Position numbers and translations under genes: made by a program. This document shows, one piece after another, positions 22,127 to 32,740 of a DNA stretch of 64,000 bases. Position 1 is the first letter of the stretch; the number at the start of each line of letters is the position of its first letter. Source of the stretch: an uncultured Hyphomicrobiales bacterium (GTDB lineage Bacteria > Pseudomonadota > Alphaproteobacteria > Rhizobiales > Beijerinckiaceae); assembly GCA_903847605.1 (NCBI GenBank), contig CAINED010000013.1, positions 313,000 to 376,999 on the forward strand. The letters are read 5' to 3'. Under the pieces are notes generated by a model. The model was not told the origin of the DNA. It did not search any database and saw only the letters and a list, made by a program, of their open reading frames with translations.

Positions 22127-25081
22127 ATGTCACGTCAGGACGCGAATGAAGGTTTTCTGCAGTCGTCGTTTCTTTACGGCGGCAATGCGGCCTATATCGA
22201 AGACCTTTATGCCCGCTATCAGGAAAATCCCGCGAGCGTCGATGCGCAGTGGCAGAAATTCTTCGGCGCTCTGCAGGATGAGCCGGGCGCAGTAAAGAGC
22301 AACGCTCGCGGCGCTTCGTGGAAAAAGCCGAACTGGCCGCAGCACGCGAATGGCGAACTGGTTTCGGCGCTCGACGGCAACTGGATCCAGGTCGAGAAGA
22401 AGATCGGAGAAAAGATCGTCGCGAAGGCGCAGGCCGCAGGCGCATCATCCGAAGACGTGCAGCGCGCCACGCGCGACAGCGTTCGCGCGCTGATGATGAT
22501 CCGGGCGTACCGCATGCGCGGTCATCTGCATGCGAACCTCGACCCGCTCGGCCTCGAACCGGCGAAAGATCACGAGGAACTGCATCCCTCGACATACGGC
22601 TTCACCGAGCAGGACTACAGCCGCAAGATCTTCATCGATCATGTGCTCGGGCTCGACTATGCGACGATCCCGGAAATGATGGCGATCCTGCGCCGCACCT
22701 ATTGCAGCACGATCGGCTTCGAGTTCATGCACATCTCCGATCCCGCCGAGAAGGCGTGGATTCAGGAACGCATCGAAGGCCCGGACAAGGAAATCACCTT
22801 CACGCCCGAAGGCAAGCGTGCGATTCTCGCCAAGCTCGTCGAAGCGGAAGGTTTCGAAAAGTTCTGCGACCTGCGCTTCCGGGGCACCAAGCGTTTCGGC
22901 GTCGACGGCGGCGAAGCCGTCATTCCCGCGCTCGAGCAGATCATCAAGCGCGGTGGCGCGCTTGGCCTCAAGGAAATCGTGATCGGCATGTCGCACCGCG
23001 GCCGCCTGAACGTTCTGGCGAACGTGATGCACAAGCCGGTGCGCGCGATCTTCCACGAGTTCAAGGGCGGTTCTTTTGCGCCGGACGAAGTCGAAGGCTC
23101 CGGCGACGTCAAATATCACCTCGGCGCATCTTCCGACCGCGAGTTCGATAGCAACAAGGTGCATCTGTCGCTGACTGCCAATCCTTCGCATCTCGAGATC
23201 GTCGATCCCGTTGTGCTCGGCAAGGTGCGCGCCAAGCAGGATCAACTCAACGACATTACCGAGCGCACCAAGGTGCTGCCGCTACTGATCCATGGCGATG
23301 CGGCCTTTGCGGGGCAGGGTGTCGTGGCCGAATGTTTCGGTCTGTCCGGGCTGAAGGGCTATCGCACCGGCGGTTCGATTCACGTCATCATCAACAACCA
23401 GATCGGCTTCACGACCTATCCGCGCTATTCGCGCTCGTCGCCCTATCCGTCCGACGTGGCGAAGATGATCGAAGCGCCGATCTTCCACGTGAACGGCGAC
23501 GATCCGGAAGCGGTCGTGTTCGCGGCGAAAGTGGCGATCGAATTCCGGCAGAAGTTCCACAAGCCCGTCGTCCTCGACATGTTCTGCTATCGCCGCTTCG
23601 GGCATAACGAAGGCGATGAACCGGCGTTCACGCAGCCGCTGATGTATCGCAAGATCCGCGATCACCGTTCGACGCTTGAAGTCTATTCCGACAAGCTCAC
23701 CAGCGAAGGCGTCATCACCAAGGGCGAGGTCGACAAGATCGTCGGCGACTGGCGCTCGCGCCTCGATGTCGAATTCGAAGCGGGACAAGGCTACAAGCCA
23801 AACAAGGCCGACTGGCTGGATGGTCGCTGGTCGGGCCTGCGCGCAACGGCGGCCGGAACGGATGACCCGCATCGCGGCGAGACCGGCGTCGAAATCAACC
23901 TGCTCAAGGAAATCGGCGCGAAGATCACGAGTGTACCCGATGGCTTTCACGTCCATCGCACGATCCAGCGCTTCCTCGACGCCCGCCGCAAGATGTTCGA
24001 GACCGGTCAGGAGTTCGACTGGGCGACGGCCGAAGCGCTGGCTTTCGGAACCCTCGCGGTCGAAGGCCATCCCATTCGTTTGTCCGGCCAGGACAGCGAA
24101 CGCGGCACCTTCTCGCAACGGCACTCGGTGCTGATCGATCAGGAGAACGAAGAGCGCTATATCCCGCTCAATAACATCCGCGACGGTCAGGCGCGCTACG
24201 AAGTCATCAATTCGATGCTGTCGGAAGAAGCGGTGCTCGGCTTCGACTATGGCTATTCGCTGACCGAACCGAATGCGCTGACCATGTGGGAAGCGCAGTT
24301 CGGCGACTTCGCCAATGGCGCGCAGGTTTTGTTCGACCAGTTCATCTCCTCGGGCGAACGCAAGTGGCTGCGTCTGTCGGGCCTCGTCTGCCTTCTGCCG
24401 CATGGCTATGAAGGCCAGGGTCCCGAACATTCCTCGGCGCGTCTCGAGCGCTTCTTGCAGATGTGCGCGGAAGACAACATGCAGGTCGCGAATTGTTCGA
24501 CGCCCGCGCAGTATTTCCACATCCTGCGCCGTCAGTTGAAGCGCGATATTCGCAAGCCGCTGATCCTGATGACGCCGAAGTCTTTGCTGCGCCACAAGCG
24601 CGCGGTTTCGACGCTCGCGGAAATGCAGGCGGGATCGACGTTCCATCGCCTGCTCTGGGAAGACGGCGAGCGTGCGCAGGGCGAACGTCCCAAGCTCGTG
24701 AAGGACGACAAGATTCGGCGTGTCGTCCTGTGTTCCGGCAAGGTCTATTACGATCTCTTCGAGGAGCGCGAGAAACGCGGCATCGACGATGTGTATATCG
24801 TTCGCGTCGAGCAGCTCTATCCCTTCCCGCTGAAGGCGCTCGTCACGGGCCTGTCGCGGTTCAAGAAGGCCGATATCGTCTGGTGTCAGGAAGAGCCGAA
24901 GAATATGGGCTCGTGGACCTTCGTCGAGCCCTATCTCGAATGGGTTCTGAACCAGACAGGGCCGAAAGGCCGTCGTCCTCGCTATGTAGGGCGTCCGGCA
25001 TCCGCTGCGACCGCGACCGGTCTCATGTCGAAGCATATGGCGCAATTGAAGGCTTTCCTCGACGAAGCCTTCGCTGCCTGA
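22127..25081 (+). CDS. sucA: 2-oxoglutarate dehydrogenase E1 component
   Basis: About 984 aa from the ATG at 22127 (MSRQDANEGFLQSSFLYGGNA). Typical E1o length and motifs, and it sits in the suc operon. Confidence 0.97.
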   Translation: MSRQDANEGFLQSSFLYGGNAAYIEDLYARYQENPASVDAQWQKFFGALQDEPGAVKSNARGASWKKPNWPQHANGELVSALDGNWIQVEKKIGEKIVAKAQAAGASSEDVQRATRDSVRALMMIRAYRMRGHLHANLDPLGLEPAKDHEELHPSTYGFTEQDYSRKIFIDHVLGLDYATIPEMMAILRRTYCSTIGFEFMHISDPAEKAWIQERIEGPDKEITFTPEGKRAILAKLVEAEGFEKFCDLRFRGTKRFGVDGGEAVIPALEQIIKRGGALGLKEIVIGMSHRGRLNVLANVMHKPVRAIFHEFKGGSFAPDEVEGSGDVKYHLGASSDREFDSNKVHLSLTANPSHLEIVDPVVLGKVRAKQDQLNDITERTKVLPLLIHGDAAFAGQGVVAECFGLSGLKGYRTGGSIHVIINNQIGFTTYPRYSRSSPYPSDVAKMIEAPIFHVNGDDPEAVVFAAKVAIEFRQKFHKPVVLDMFCYRRFGHNEGDEPAFTQPLMYRKIRDHRSTLEVYSDKLTSEGVITKGEVDKIVGDWRSRLDVEFEAGQGYKPNKADWLDGRWSGLRATAAGTDDPHRGETGVEINLLKEIGAKITSVPDGFHVHRTIQRFLDARRKMFETGQEFDWATAEALAFGTLAVEGHPIRLSGQDSERGTFSQRHSVLIDQENEERYIPLNNIRDGQARYEVINSMLSEEAVLGFDYGYSLTEPNALTMWEAQFGDFANGAQVLFDQFISSGERKWLRLSGLVCLLPHGYEGQGPEHSSARLERFLQMCAEDNMQVANCSTPAQYFHILRRQLKRDIRKPLILMTPKSLLRHKRAVSTLAEMQAGSTFHRLLWEDGERAQGERPKLVKDDKIRRVVLCSGKVYYDLFEEREKRGIDDVYIVRVEQLYPFPLKALVTGLSRFKKADIVWCQEEPKNMGSWTFVEPYLEWVLNQTGPKGRRPRYVGRPASAATATGLMSKHMAQLKAFLDEAFAA

Positions 25082-25113
25082 GTTCGAAACAAAGAAGCAC
25101 GTTCACTGAAAGG

Positions 25114-25128
25114 CCGCGCGCTGCGCGG
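25114..25128 (+). promoter_or_regulatory. short intercistronic stem-loop between sucA and sucB
   Basis: CCGCGC-GCT-GCGCGG, 33 nt after the sucA stop. Confidence 0.3.
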
Positions 25129-25136
25129 AAATCAAA

Positions 25137-26348
25137 ATGGCTATGGAAATTCGCGTTCCCACGCTTGGCGAGTCGGTCACTGAAGCCATCATCGGCAAGT
25201 GGTTCAAGAAGGCCGGAGACGCCGTGAAGGCTGACGAGCCGCTCGTCGAACTTGAAACCGACAAGGTCACTCTCGAAGTGAATGCGCCCGCCGCTGGCGT
25301 GCTTTCGGAAATACTTGCGAAGGATGGCGAGACTGTCGCTGTCGGCGCATTGCTTGGTCAGATCGCGGAAGGTGGTGCGGCCGTCGCCGCGCCGAAACCG
25401 AAGCCTGCGCCAGTTGCAGCTCCCGCGCCGGCTGCTGCTCCCGTCGCGGCGATGCCGCCTGCGCCCGCCGCGGCAAAAATCGCCGCAGACAACAACATCG
25501 ACGTCTCCGGCGTTGCTGGCTCAGGCAAGCGGGGGCAGGTGCTCAAGGGCGATGTGCTCGCGGCTGTCGCCAGCGCCGCCGCTGCGCCTGTTGCGGTTTC
25601 TGCGCCCGCTCCCGTTTCAGTGCGGGCCCCTTCGCAAGGCGACGACGCCTCGCGCGAAGAGCGCGTGCGCATGACGCGCCTGCGCCAGACGATCGCGCGC
25701 CGCCTCAAGGATGCCCAGAATACCGCCGCCATGCTGACGACCTTCAACGAGGTCGACATGAGCGAGGTGATGGCGCTGCGCAACAGGTACAAGGACATCT
25801 TCGAGAAGAAGCATGGCGCGAAGCTCGGTTTCATGAGCTTCTTCGTGAAGGCCTGCGTGCAGGCTCTCAAGGATGTCCCGGCGGTCAATGCAGAGATCGA
25901 TGGACAGGACATCGTCTACAAGAACTATTATCACATGGGCATCGCGGTCGGCACGGATAAGGGCCTCGTCGTTCCCGTAGTGCGCGATGCGGACCGCATG
26001 GGTCTCGCCGATATCGAAAAGGCGATCGGCGATTTCGGTCGCCGCGCGCGCGACGGCCAGCTCAAGATCGAGGAAATGCAGGGCGGCACGTTCACAATCA
26101 CGAATGGCGGCATCTACGGTTCGTTGATGTCGACGCCGATCCTGAATGCGCCGCAGTCGGGCATACTCGGCATGCACAAGATCCAGGAGCGTCCGATGGC
26201 CGTCGGCGGCAAGATCGAGATACGCCCGATGATGTATCTCGCGCTCAGCTACGATCACCGCATCGTCGACGGCAAGGAAGCCGTGACCTTCCTCGTGCGC
26301 GTCAAGGAAGCGCTGGAAGATCCGGCGCGCCTCGTTCTCGATCTCTGA
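25137..26348 (+). CDS. sucB: dihydrolipoyllysine-residue succinyltransferase (E2o)
   Basis: Lipoyl domain with LETDKV, an Ala/Pro linker, and a catalytic domain with SYDHRIVDG. Confidence 0.97.
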   Translation: MAMEIRVPTLGESVTEAIIGKWFKKAGDAVKADEPLVELETDKVTLEVNAPAAGVLSEILAKDGETVAVGALLGQIAEGGAAVAAPKPKPAPVAAPAPAAAPVAAMPPAPAAAKIAADNNIDVSGVAGSGKRGQVLKGDVLAAVASAAAAPVAVSAPAPVSVRAPSQGDDASREERVRMTRLRQTIARRLKDAQNTAAMLTTFNEVDMSEVMALRNRYKDIFEKKHGAKLGFMSFFVKACVQALKDVPAVNAEIDGQDIVYKNYYHMGIAVGTDKGLVVPVVRDADRMGLADIEKAIGDFGRRARDGQLKIEEMQGGTFTITNGGIYGSLMSTPILNAPQSGILGMHKIQERPMAVGGKIEIRPMMYLALSYDHRIVDGKEAVTFLVRVKEALEDPARLVLDL

Positions 26349-26367
26349 TTTTCAAGAGAGGCGCGAC

Positions 26368-26586
26368 ATGGGCGGGCTTCTCAATGCCTTGGCTCCGCGC
26401 ATGCGCCGCGCTTCCTTCGTGCTGCTGCCCGCTGCGCTCGTCATCGGGTTGCTGGCCTTTGCCGCGTTGCAGATCGGCCTGGCCACGACGCAACAGGCGG
26501 GCGGTTTGCTGGCGCTCGCCATCGTTCTGTTCGTGTGCGGCGCGCTGCTGTTTGTCGTAAGTCTCCTCGGACGTAGCGTCCGTTGA
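26368..26586 (+). CDS. small two-helix membrane protein of unknown function
   Basis: 72 aa. An AGAGAGG Shine-Dalgarno lies 8 nt upstream of the ATG. The third codon position is GC-rich like the neighbouring genes. Two hydrophobic segments are present. It sits between sucB and lpd, with 19-nt and 18-nt spacers. Confidence 0.6.
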   Translation: MGGLLNALAPRMRRASFVLLPAALVIGLLAFAALQIGLATTQQAGGLLALAIVLFVCGALLFVVSLLGRSVR

Positions 26587-26604
26587 AGTTCAGGAAAACG
26601 ATCC

Positions 26605-28008
26605 ATGTCCTACGATCTCATCGTCATCGGCACAGGCCCCGGCGGTTATGTCTGCGCGATCCGCGCGGCGCAGCTCGGCATGAAAGTCGCCGTGGTGGAG
26701 AAACGCGCCACGCATGGTGGCACATGCCTCAACGTCGGCTGCATTCCTTCGAAAGCGTTGCTGCATGCCTCCGAAATGTTCGAGCAGGCAGGGCATAATT
26801 TCGCGGCGCTCGGCGTTGTCGTGAGCAAGCCGAAGCTCGATCACGCCGCCTTCATGAAGCACAAGGACGACACGGTCGCTTCCAATGTGAACGGCGTCGG
26901 CTTTCTGCTGAAGAAGAACAAGGTCGACACATTCCATGGCCTCGGCATGATCAAGGCCGCAGGCAAGGTCGACGTTACCGCGGATGACGGCAAGGTCACT
27001 TCGCTCGAAGGCAAGAACATCGTCGTTGCAACGGGCTCCGATGTCGCAACGCCGCCGGGCGTGAAGGTCGAGTTCGACGAGAAAACGATCGTATCCTCCA
27101 CCGGCGCGTTGTCGCTGCCGAAGGTTCCGGGCAAGCTCGCGGTGATTGGCGCGGGAGTCATCGGTCTCGAAATGGGTTCGGTATGGCGGCGTCTCGGCGC
27201 GGAAGTCACCGTTGTCGAATATCTCGACCGCATCCTGCCGGGCATGGATAGCGAAGTCGCCAAGCAATTCCAGCGCATCCAGGAAAAACAGGGCGTGAAG
27301 TTCAGCCTGTCATCCAAGGTGACCGCTGTCGAGAAAACGAAGTCGGGCGCGAAAGTCGTGTTCGAGCCTGTGGCAGGCGGCGATTCGCAGATGCTCGAAG
27401 CGGATGTCGTGCTGGTGGCAACGGGCCGGCGTCCCTACACGGACGGCCTTGGTCTGGAAGGCGTTGGCGTTGCGATGGATCGCGGCCGCGTCGTCATCGA
27501 CAATCGTTTCGCGACCAATGTGCCCGGCATTTACGCCATCGGCGATGTCGTGCGCGGTCCCATGCTGGCGCATAAGGCGGAAGACGAAGGCATCGCCGTC
27601 GCGGAAATTCTCGCAGGCCAGCATGGCCACGTGAATTACGACGTCATTCCCGGGATCGTGTACACGATGCCTGAAATCGCCTCGATCGGCAAAACGGAAG
27701 AAGATCTGAAGTCGGCGGGTATCGCCTACAAGTCTGGCAAGTTCCCGTTCACGGCGAACGGCCGCGCGCGCGCGATGCGCGCAACCGATGGCTTCGTGAA
27801 AGTTCTGGCCGATGCCGCGACGGATCGCGTGCTGGGCGTTCACATCCTGGGGTTTGGCGCCGGCGAACTCATCATGGAAGCCGCTGTACTCATGGAATTC
27901 GGCGGCTCCTCGGAAGATCTCGCGCGCACCTGTCACGGCCATCCGACGCTCTCGGAGGCGGTGAAGGAAGCCGCTCTCGCTGTGGACAAGCGGCAGATTC
28001 ATCTCTGA
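26605..28008 (+). CDS. lpdA: dihydrolipoyl dehydrogenase (E3)
   Basis: 467 aa. FAD motif VIGTGPGGY and the redox-active disulfide [13 protein letters not shown]. Confidence 0.97.
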   Translation: MSYDLIVIGTGPGGYVCAIRAAQLGMKVAVVEKRATHGGTCLNVGCIPSKALLHASEMFEQAGHNFAALGVVVSKPKLDHAAFMKHKDDTVASNVNGVGFLLKKNKVDTFHGLGMIKAAGKVDVTADDGKVTSLEGKNIVVATGSDVATPPGVKVEFDEKTIVSSTGALSLPKVPGKLAVIGAGVIGLEMGSVWRRLGAEVTVVEYLDRILPGMDSEVAKQFQRIQEKQGVKFSLSSKVTAVEKTKSGAKVVFEPVAGGDSQMLEADVVLVATGRRPYTDGLGLEGVGVAMDRGRVVIDNRFATNVPGIYAIGDVVRGPMLAHKAEDEGIAVAEILAGQHGHVNYDVIPGIVYTMPEIASIGKTEEDLKSAGIAYKSGKFPFTANGRARAMRATDGFVKVLADAATDRVLGVHILGFGAGELIMEAAVLMEFGGSSEDLARTCHGHPTLSEAVKEAALAVDKRQIHL

Positions 28009-28029
28009 TCTGCCGCGCGCATCCGCCCA

Positions 28030-28599
28030 CTAAAAGAAGGCGGCCAGCGTCAGCGGCGACAGCAAGCCGAAGAGCATCAGGATCGCGCCGAATACGCCGA
28101 GGCCCATCGCGATCCAAGCAAGCGCCATGATGCCGGTGATGATGGTCGCCGAGGCCAGCACGATGCCGATTTGCAGCATTGCCGAGGATACGTCGTAGAT
28201 GTCTCCTTTGGCCTTCTGGATCTTGCGGTTGTCCTCGGCGGCCTTTGCGCGGACAGCGAGTTCCTTGCGTCCATCGTTGGGCACCGGGTCGCTGTCGTAG
28301 CGCGCGATCTGCTCGCGCCATTCGCCGATCAGCTTTTCCATGGCCGCCTTCTGCGCAGGGTCGGTCGTCGCTGCCAGGCGCATCTGCATGTCCTGCACGG
28401 CAACCTGGGTGCTCGAACGGCGGATCGTTTTCGCCTGAAAGAACGACCACAGGTTCGACGCCTCGACATTGGCCTCGATCGCCTCGTTGTCGGCATTCGA
28501 GCCGCCGAGTTCTGAGAAGGCGAGCAGCAAGGCGAGAATGGCGATCAGCAGCGCGAGCGCCTTGTTATTGGTCTCCGGGGGATCTTTGGGATCGGACAT
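28030..28599 (-). CDS. membrane protein of unknown function (DUF4337-like, name from memory)
   Basis: About 189 aa from the ATG at 28597-28599. There is an N-terminal helix, a long soluble helical region, and two C-terminal hydrophobic helices. Confidence 0.7.
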   Translation of the reverse strand: MSDPKDPPETNNKALALLIAILALLLAFSELGGSNADNEAIEANVEASNLWSFFQAKTIRRSSTQVAVQDMQMRLAATTDPAQKAAMEKLIGEWREQIARYDSDPVPNDGRKELAVRAKAAEDNRKIQKAKGDIYDVSSAMLQIGIVLASATIITGIMALAWIAMGLGVFGAILMLFGLLSPLTLAAFF

Positions 28600-28766
28600 G
28601 CGTTCGGCCTTCTGGGAGTTGATTCGCAAAAGTGCTAGGCGAGCTTGGACGGGGCGGCAAGAATGCGCGAGCGCCTCTCGTGTGTTTTCACACTTTTTGT
28701 TTGGGGGCGTGGCTTTATTCGGACAATTTCGTACGCCAGTGTTTTTCCGTCATTCGGTCCGGCCCC

Positions 28767-29330
28767 ATGCTTAATGTCTTTCGCCGAAGCCTGCTCTTCC
28801 TGCTTGCGCTGGTCTTCCTGCTGGAAGCCTGGGTCTGGGACAGGTTTGCGGCCTTCGGCCACTGGCTTGACGAACGTCTTCCGCTCCGGGCTGCGCGGCA
28901 CACGCTCGAACAGTCAATCCTGCGTGCGCCCCCCTATGTCGCGCTGGCGCTTTTTGTCATCCCCGGGCTGCTGGTGTTGCCATTCAAGCTGGTTGGACTT
29001 TGGCTCATCGCGCATGGGCATATCGTCTGGGGCGGCTTCGTTTTTCTGATGGCGAAATTCGCCAGCGTCGGCGTCGCCGCATTTCTTTTCGAACTGACCC
29101 GCGACAGATTGATGACGCTCGGCTGGTTTGCGCGCCTCTACGCCATGGTCATGCGCTGGCGCGACTGGGCCCATGGGCTCGCCGATCCCTATCTCAAGAC
29201 GATCAGGGAACAGGCGCGGGCCATCAAGGAAAAGGCGTTGCGGGTTCTATCCGGCGACAGCAAGAGCGGCTTTGCGAAGCGTATTTTCAGGCTGCGCGCC
29301 CAGATCAAGAGATCCCGTTCGCAACGCTAG
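28767..29330 (+). CDS. hypothetical membrane protein
   Basis: 187 aa from the ATG at 28767. There are three to four hydrophobic helices and a basic C-terminal tail (RIFRLRAQIKRSRSQR). I do not recognise a family. Confidence 0.55.
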   Translation: MLNVFRRSLLFLLALVFLLEAWVWDRFAAFGHWLDERLPLRAARHTLEQSILRAPPYVALALFVIPGLLVLPFKLVGLWLIAHGHIVWGGFVFLMAKFASVGVAAFLFELTRDRLMTLGWFARLYAMVMRWRDWAHGLADPYLKTIREQARAIKEKALRVLSGDSKSGFAKRIFRLRAQIKRSRSQR

Positions 29331-29343
29331 CGACTTCGCGGCG

Positions 29344-30327
29344 TCAGCCCGCGCGCGGGTGCGCGCTCTTGTAGGCGGCCAGCAAGCGCGCGGAATCGAC
29401 AGCGGTATAGACCTGCGTCGTCGAGAGCGAAGCGTGGCCCAGAAGCTCCTGAATGGCGCGCAGATCGCCGCCGCGCGCCAATAGGTGCGTCGCAAACGAG
29501 TGCCGCAGCGCGTGCGGAGTCGCTGAATCCGGCAGTCCCAGTGCCCCGCGCAGGCGCTCCATCGCAAGCTGGATGATGCGCGGCGAGAGCGGGCCTCCCC
29601 TTGCGCCAACAAAGAGCGGGCCGTCCGGATCGAGAGTCCAGGGACAGAGCGCGAGATAATCCTCGATCGCCATGCGAACCGGCGCGATGACTGGCGTCAT
29701 GCGCGTCTTCTGGCCCTTGCCGAGGATGGTCAGCGAATCGATCCCGTCGATCGGGGCTTCGCGCCGCCGCAGGGAGAGGGCCTCGGAGATGCGTAGGCCG
29801 GCGCCGTAGAGCAGGCTCATCACGGCGGCGTCGCGCACGAGAATCCATGGCTCGCGATTGTCGCCGTCGCGGCAGGCGGTGTCCGCAAGCGCTTTGGCCT
29901 CACTCGCCGGGATAGGCTTGGGCAGACTGCGTGCGATCTTCGGCGAGCGCACGTTCGCGAAGGCGGAGGCTGATGCCTTGCCCTCGCGTTCGAGATGCCG
30001 GGCGAAGGAGCGGATGCCCGCGAGGGCGCGCAATAGAGAGCGACTTTCCACGCCCTCCGTACGGCGGCGCGCCATGAAGGCGCGGATGTCGCCGGGCTTC
30101 ATGTCGGAAAAATCCGCGATATCAGGCCTCTTGCCCAGATGCCCCATCAGGAAGGACAGAAACTGGCGCAAGTCGCGGGTATAGGCTTCGAGCGTATTTG
30201 CTGAGAAACGACGCTCGTTGGCGAGCCGCGACAGCCAGCCCCGCGCTTCAGCGGCGAGGCCGGTTTCGGCCAGATTTTCGAATGCTTCGAAATCCCCGGC
30301 AGTTTGAAAGTCGTCGTGTTTGCCCAT
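29344..30327 (-). CDS. xerC: site-specific tyrosine recombinase XerC
   Basis: 327 aa. Catalytic region HALRHSFATHLL..LGHASLSTTQVYT and a XerC-like C-terminus ...AAYKSAHPRAG. Confidence 0.85.
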   Translation of the reverse strand: MGKHDDFQTAGDFEAFENLAETGLAAEARGWLSRLANERRFSANTLEAYTRDLRQFLSFLMGHLGKRPDIADFSDMKPGDIRAFMARRRTEGVESRSLLRALAGIRSFARHLEREGKASASAFANVRSPKIARSLPKPIPASEAKALADTACRDGDNREPWILVRDAAVMSLLYGAGLRISEALSLRRREAPIDGIDSLTILGKGQKTRMTPVIAPVRMAIEDYLALCPWTLDPDGPLFVGARGGPLSPRIIQLAMERLRGALGLPDSATPHALRHSFATHLLARGGDLRAIQELLGHASLSTTQVYTAVDSARLLAAYKSAHPRAG

Positions 30328-30383
30328 GGGCGCCAGTCTGCAACCGGCGCGCTAACATTCGCTGAACGAATGGAAGAGGCCGA

Positions 30384-30707
30384 CTACTTGCCGGCCTTGA
30401 TCTCGTCGACAGCGCGGCTCATCAGCTCGTCCATCGTGCGGCGGATCTGGTGTTCCGACTGGTCGACGCCGCCGGCTTTGAAATCGTCCCTGATCTTGCG
30501 GAAAATATCGTCGTCGCCGGCTTCCTGGAAATCGGCCATGACCACGGATTTCGCGTAGGCTTCGACATCGGCGCCGCTTTTGCCCAGTTTTTCCGCGGCC
30601 CATGCGCCAAGCAGCTTGGCGCGGCGGGCGTTGGCCTTGAAGCGCAGCTCCTCATCGAGCGCGTATTTCTTCTCGAATCCCTCTTCGCGCTTGTCGAAAC
30701 TGCTCAT
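30384..30707 (-). CDS. DUF1476 protein (homolog of the alphaproteobacterial F1Fo-ATPase inhibitor zeta subunit)
   Basis: 107 aa from the ATG at 30705-30707, preceded by GGAG. MSSFDKREEGFEKKYALDEELRFKANARR resembles the Paracoccus zeta subunit N-terminus as I recall it. Confidence 0.75.
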   Translation of the reverse strand: MSSFDKREEGFEKKYALDEELRFKANARRAKLLGAWAAEKLGKSGADVEAYAKSVVMADFQEAGDDDIFRKIRDDFKAGGVDQSEHQIRRTMDELMSRAVDEIKAGK

Positions 30708-31021
30708 TTTCTGGCTCCCGTGAAATTTCTGGCTCCGGCCGGCCGGCTGCTCCGCGACCATATAAGCGCTGCGGTCGCGGTTTCAAAGCCTGTGGAAATT
30801 ACGACGTTTGGACAGAGTATCCCGCAGTTCGTGGATAACTTTGCCATTCGCCGCCATTTTCCGGCAAATCATTGTGCGCTGCCATGCAATCGGCTAGTTT
30901 GCGCGCCACCGGGCAGTCCTTTTTCTTGCGGAAACAGGTTGCTCGCGCGTAAGACGCAGCAGCCGCCTGTCCGGCTGAAGACAAGCGCCACGCTCCCCAT
31001 CCTCCAAACCGGGTTCAATCC

Positions 31022-31783
31022 ATGAATCGCCGCCGTCGCATTTACGAAGGCAAGGCCAAGGTCCTCTATGAAGGACCGGAGCCGGGCACGCTCATCCAGC
31101 ATTTCAAGGACGATGCGACCGCGTTCAACGCCAAGAAGCACGAGGTCATCGACGGCAAGGGGGTGCTGAACAACCGCATCTCGGAATATGTCTTCCAGCA
31201 CCTCAACGAGATCGGCGTCCCCACCCATTTCATTCGCCGTCTCAACATGCGCGAGCAGTTGATTCGCGAGGTGGAAATTATTCCGCTGGAAGTCGTGGTG
31301 CGCAATGTCGCCGCGGGCTCCCTGTCGCAACGCCTCGGGATCGACGAGGGCACGGCGCTGCCGCGTTCGATCATCGAGTTCTATTACAAGAACGACGCGC
31401 TCAACGACCCGATGGTGTCCGAAGAGCATATCACCGCTTTCGGCTGGGCGACGCCGCAGGAAATCGACGACATCATGGGTCTTGCGATCCGGGTGAACGA
31501 TTTTCTGACAGGACTCTTCCTCGGCGTCGGCATCCGCCTCGTCGATTTCAAGATGGAATGCGGCCGTCTCTGGGAAGGCGACATGATGCGCATCGTCGTC
31601 GCCGATGAAATCTCGCCGGACTCCTGCCGCCTTTGGGATATCAAGTCAGCAGACAAACTCGACAAGGACCGGTTCCGCCGCGATATGGGCGGGCTCGTGG
31701 AGGCCTATACGGAAGTGGCGCGCCGGCTCGGCATCATGACCGAAAACGAAACGGCGCGTTCCGGACCCAAGCTGGTGAAATGA
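31022..31783 (+). CDS. purC: phosphoribosylaminoimidazole-succinocarboxamide synthase
   Basis: 253 aa with the [12 protein letters not shown]-terminal signature. Followed by purS and purQ. Confidence 0.97.
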   Translation: MNRRRRIYEGKAKVLYEGPEPGTLIQHFKDDATAFNAKKHEVIDGKGVLNNRISEYVFQHLNEIGVPTHFIRRLNMREQLIREVEIIPLEVVVRNVAAGSLSQRLGIDEGTALPRSIIEFYYKNDALNDPMVSEEHITAFGWATPQEIDDIMGLAIRVNDFLTGLFLGVGIRLVDFKMECGRLWEGDMMRIVVADEISPDSCRLWDIKSADKLDKDRFRRDMGGLVEAYTEVARRLGIMTENETARSGPKLVK

Positions 31784-32025
31784 CGATGAAGGCGCGTGTG
31801 ACAGTCACTCTCAAGAACGGCGTTCTCGATCCCCAGGGCAAGGCGATCGAGGGCGCGCTGAAATCGCTGGCGATCGAGGGCGTCAACAGCGTGCGGCAGG
31901 GCAAGGTCTTCGATGTCGAACTCGACACCATCGACAAGAGCCGCGCCGAGAGCGTGCTGAAGGACGCCTGCGAGAAACTGCTCGCGAATACGGTCATCGA
32001 GAATTACCGGATCGAGGTCGCCTGA
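31780..32025 (+). CDS. purS: phosphoribosylformylglycinamidine synthase subunit PurS
   Basis: About 81 aa. The start ATG overlaps the purC stop (ATGA); the ATG at 31786 is an alternative. [17 protein letters not shown] is the PurS signature. Confidence 0.9.
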   Translation: MTMKARVTVTLKNGVLDPQGKAIEGALKSLAIEGVNSVRQGKVFDVELDTIDKSRAESVLKDACEKLLANTVIENYRIEVA

Positions 32026-32029
32026 TCCG

Positions 32030-32728
32030 ATGAAAGCCGCCGTACTACTCTTCCCCGGCCTCAATCGCGAAGGCGATGTCGTACGCGCGCTCCGGCAAGC
32101 CGGTGCGGATGCATCCATCGTCTGGCACGCGGATCATGAACTCCCTGCCGGCACGGATCTCGTCGTGGTGCCCGGCGGCTTCAGCTACGGCGATTATCTG
32201 CGTTGCGGCGCGATAGCGGCGCGCGCCAACATCATGGACGCCGTACGCAAGCATGCGGCGGGCGGCGGGCTCGTGCTCGGTATCTGCAACGGCTTTCAGA
32301 TTCTGTGCGAAAGCGGATTGCTGCCGGGCGTTCTCATGCGCAACCGCGATCTGAAATTCGTCTGCAAGATGCAGCATTTGCGTGTCGAGCGTAACGACAC
32401 TGTTTTCTCGCATCGCTACGGCAAGGGGCAGATCATCAAGGTCTGCATCGCGCATGGCGAAGGCAATTACGTGGCCGACCAGCCGACCGTCGAGAGACTG
32501 GAAGGCGAAGGTCTCGTCGCCTTCCGTTACACAGATGCAGATGGCAACATCGGCGGCGCGGCCAATCCCAATGGTTCGATCAACGATATCGCCGGCATCT
32601 ATTCCGCCAATCGCCGGGTGCTCGGCATGATGCCGCATCCGGAAGATCTGATCGATCAGCTCGTCGGTGGAACGGACGGGCGCGGGCTCTTCGAGAGCCT
32701 CGCGCAGTTCGAGAAGATTGCAGCCTGA
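32030..32728 (+). CDS. purQ: phosphoribosylformylglycinamidine synthase subunit PurQ (glutaminase)
   Basis: 232 aa with the catalytic cysteine motif LGICNGFQIL and MMPHPE. Confidence 0.97.
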   Translation: MKAAVLLFPGLNREGDVVRALRQAGADASIVWHADHELPAGTDLVVVPGGFSYGDYLRCGAIAARANIMDAVRKHAAGGGLVLGICNGFQILCESGLLPGVLMRNRDLKFVCKMQHLRVERNDTVFSHRYGKGQIIKVCIAHGEGNYVADQPTVERLEGEGLVAFRYTDADGNIGGAANPNGSINDIAGIYSANRRVLGMMPHPEDLIDQLVGGTDGRGLFESLAQFEKIAA

Positions 32729-32740
32729 GTATTTCGCTTT

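Noticed and set aside
23282-25045. 587-aa ORF antisense to sucA, plus many shorter overlapping ORFs across the suc, sdh, pur and etf genes
   Set aside because: They lie opposite or out of frame to confidently identified core genes. Their composition is low-complexity and rich in R, A, G and P. No independent Shine-Dalgarno or spacing supports them.
29344-30327. Tyrosine recombinases here and at 47070-48014, considered as integrases marking a mobile element
   Set aside because: Their sequences carry XerC-type (..AHPRAG) and XerD-type (TQIYTHV) C-termini. They sit in conserved housekeeping contexts, with no phage or island cargo and no flanking att-like repeats seen.
30799-30984. 61-aa minus-strand ORF in the zeta/purC spacer
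   Set aside because: There is no convincing Shine-Dalgarno, the composition is atypical, and it lies within a probable divergent promoter region.
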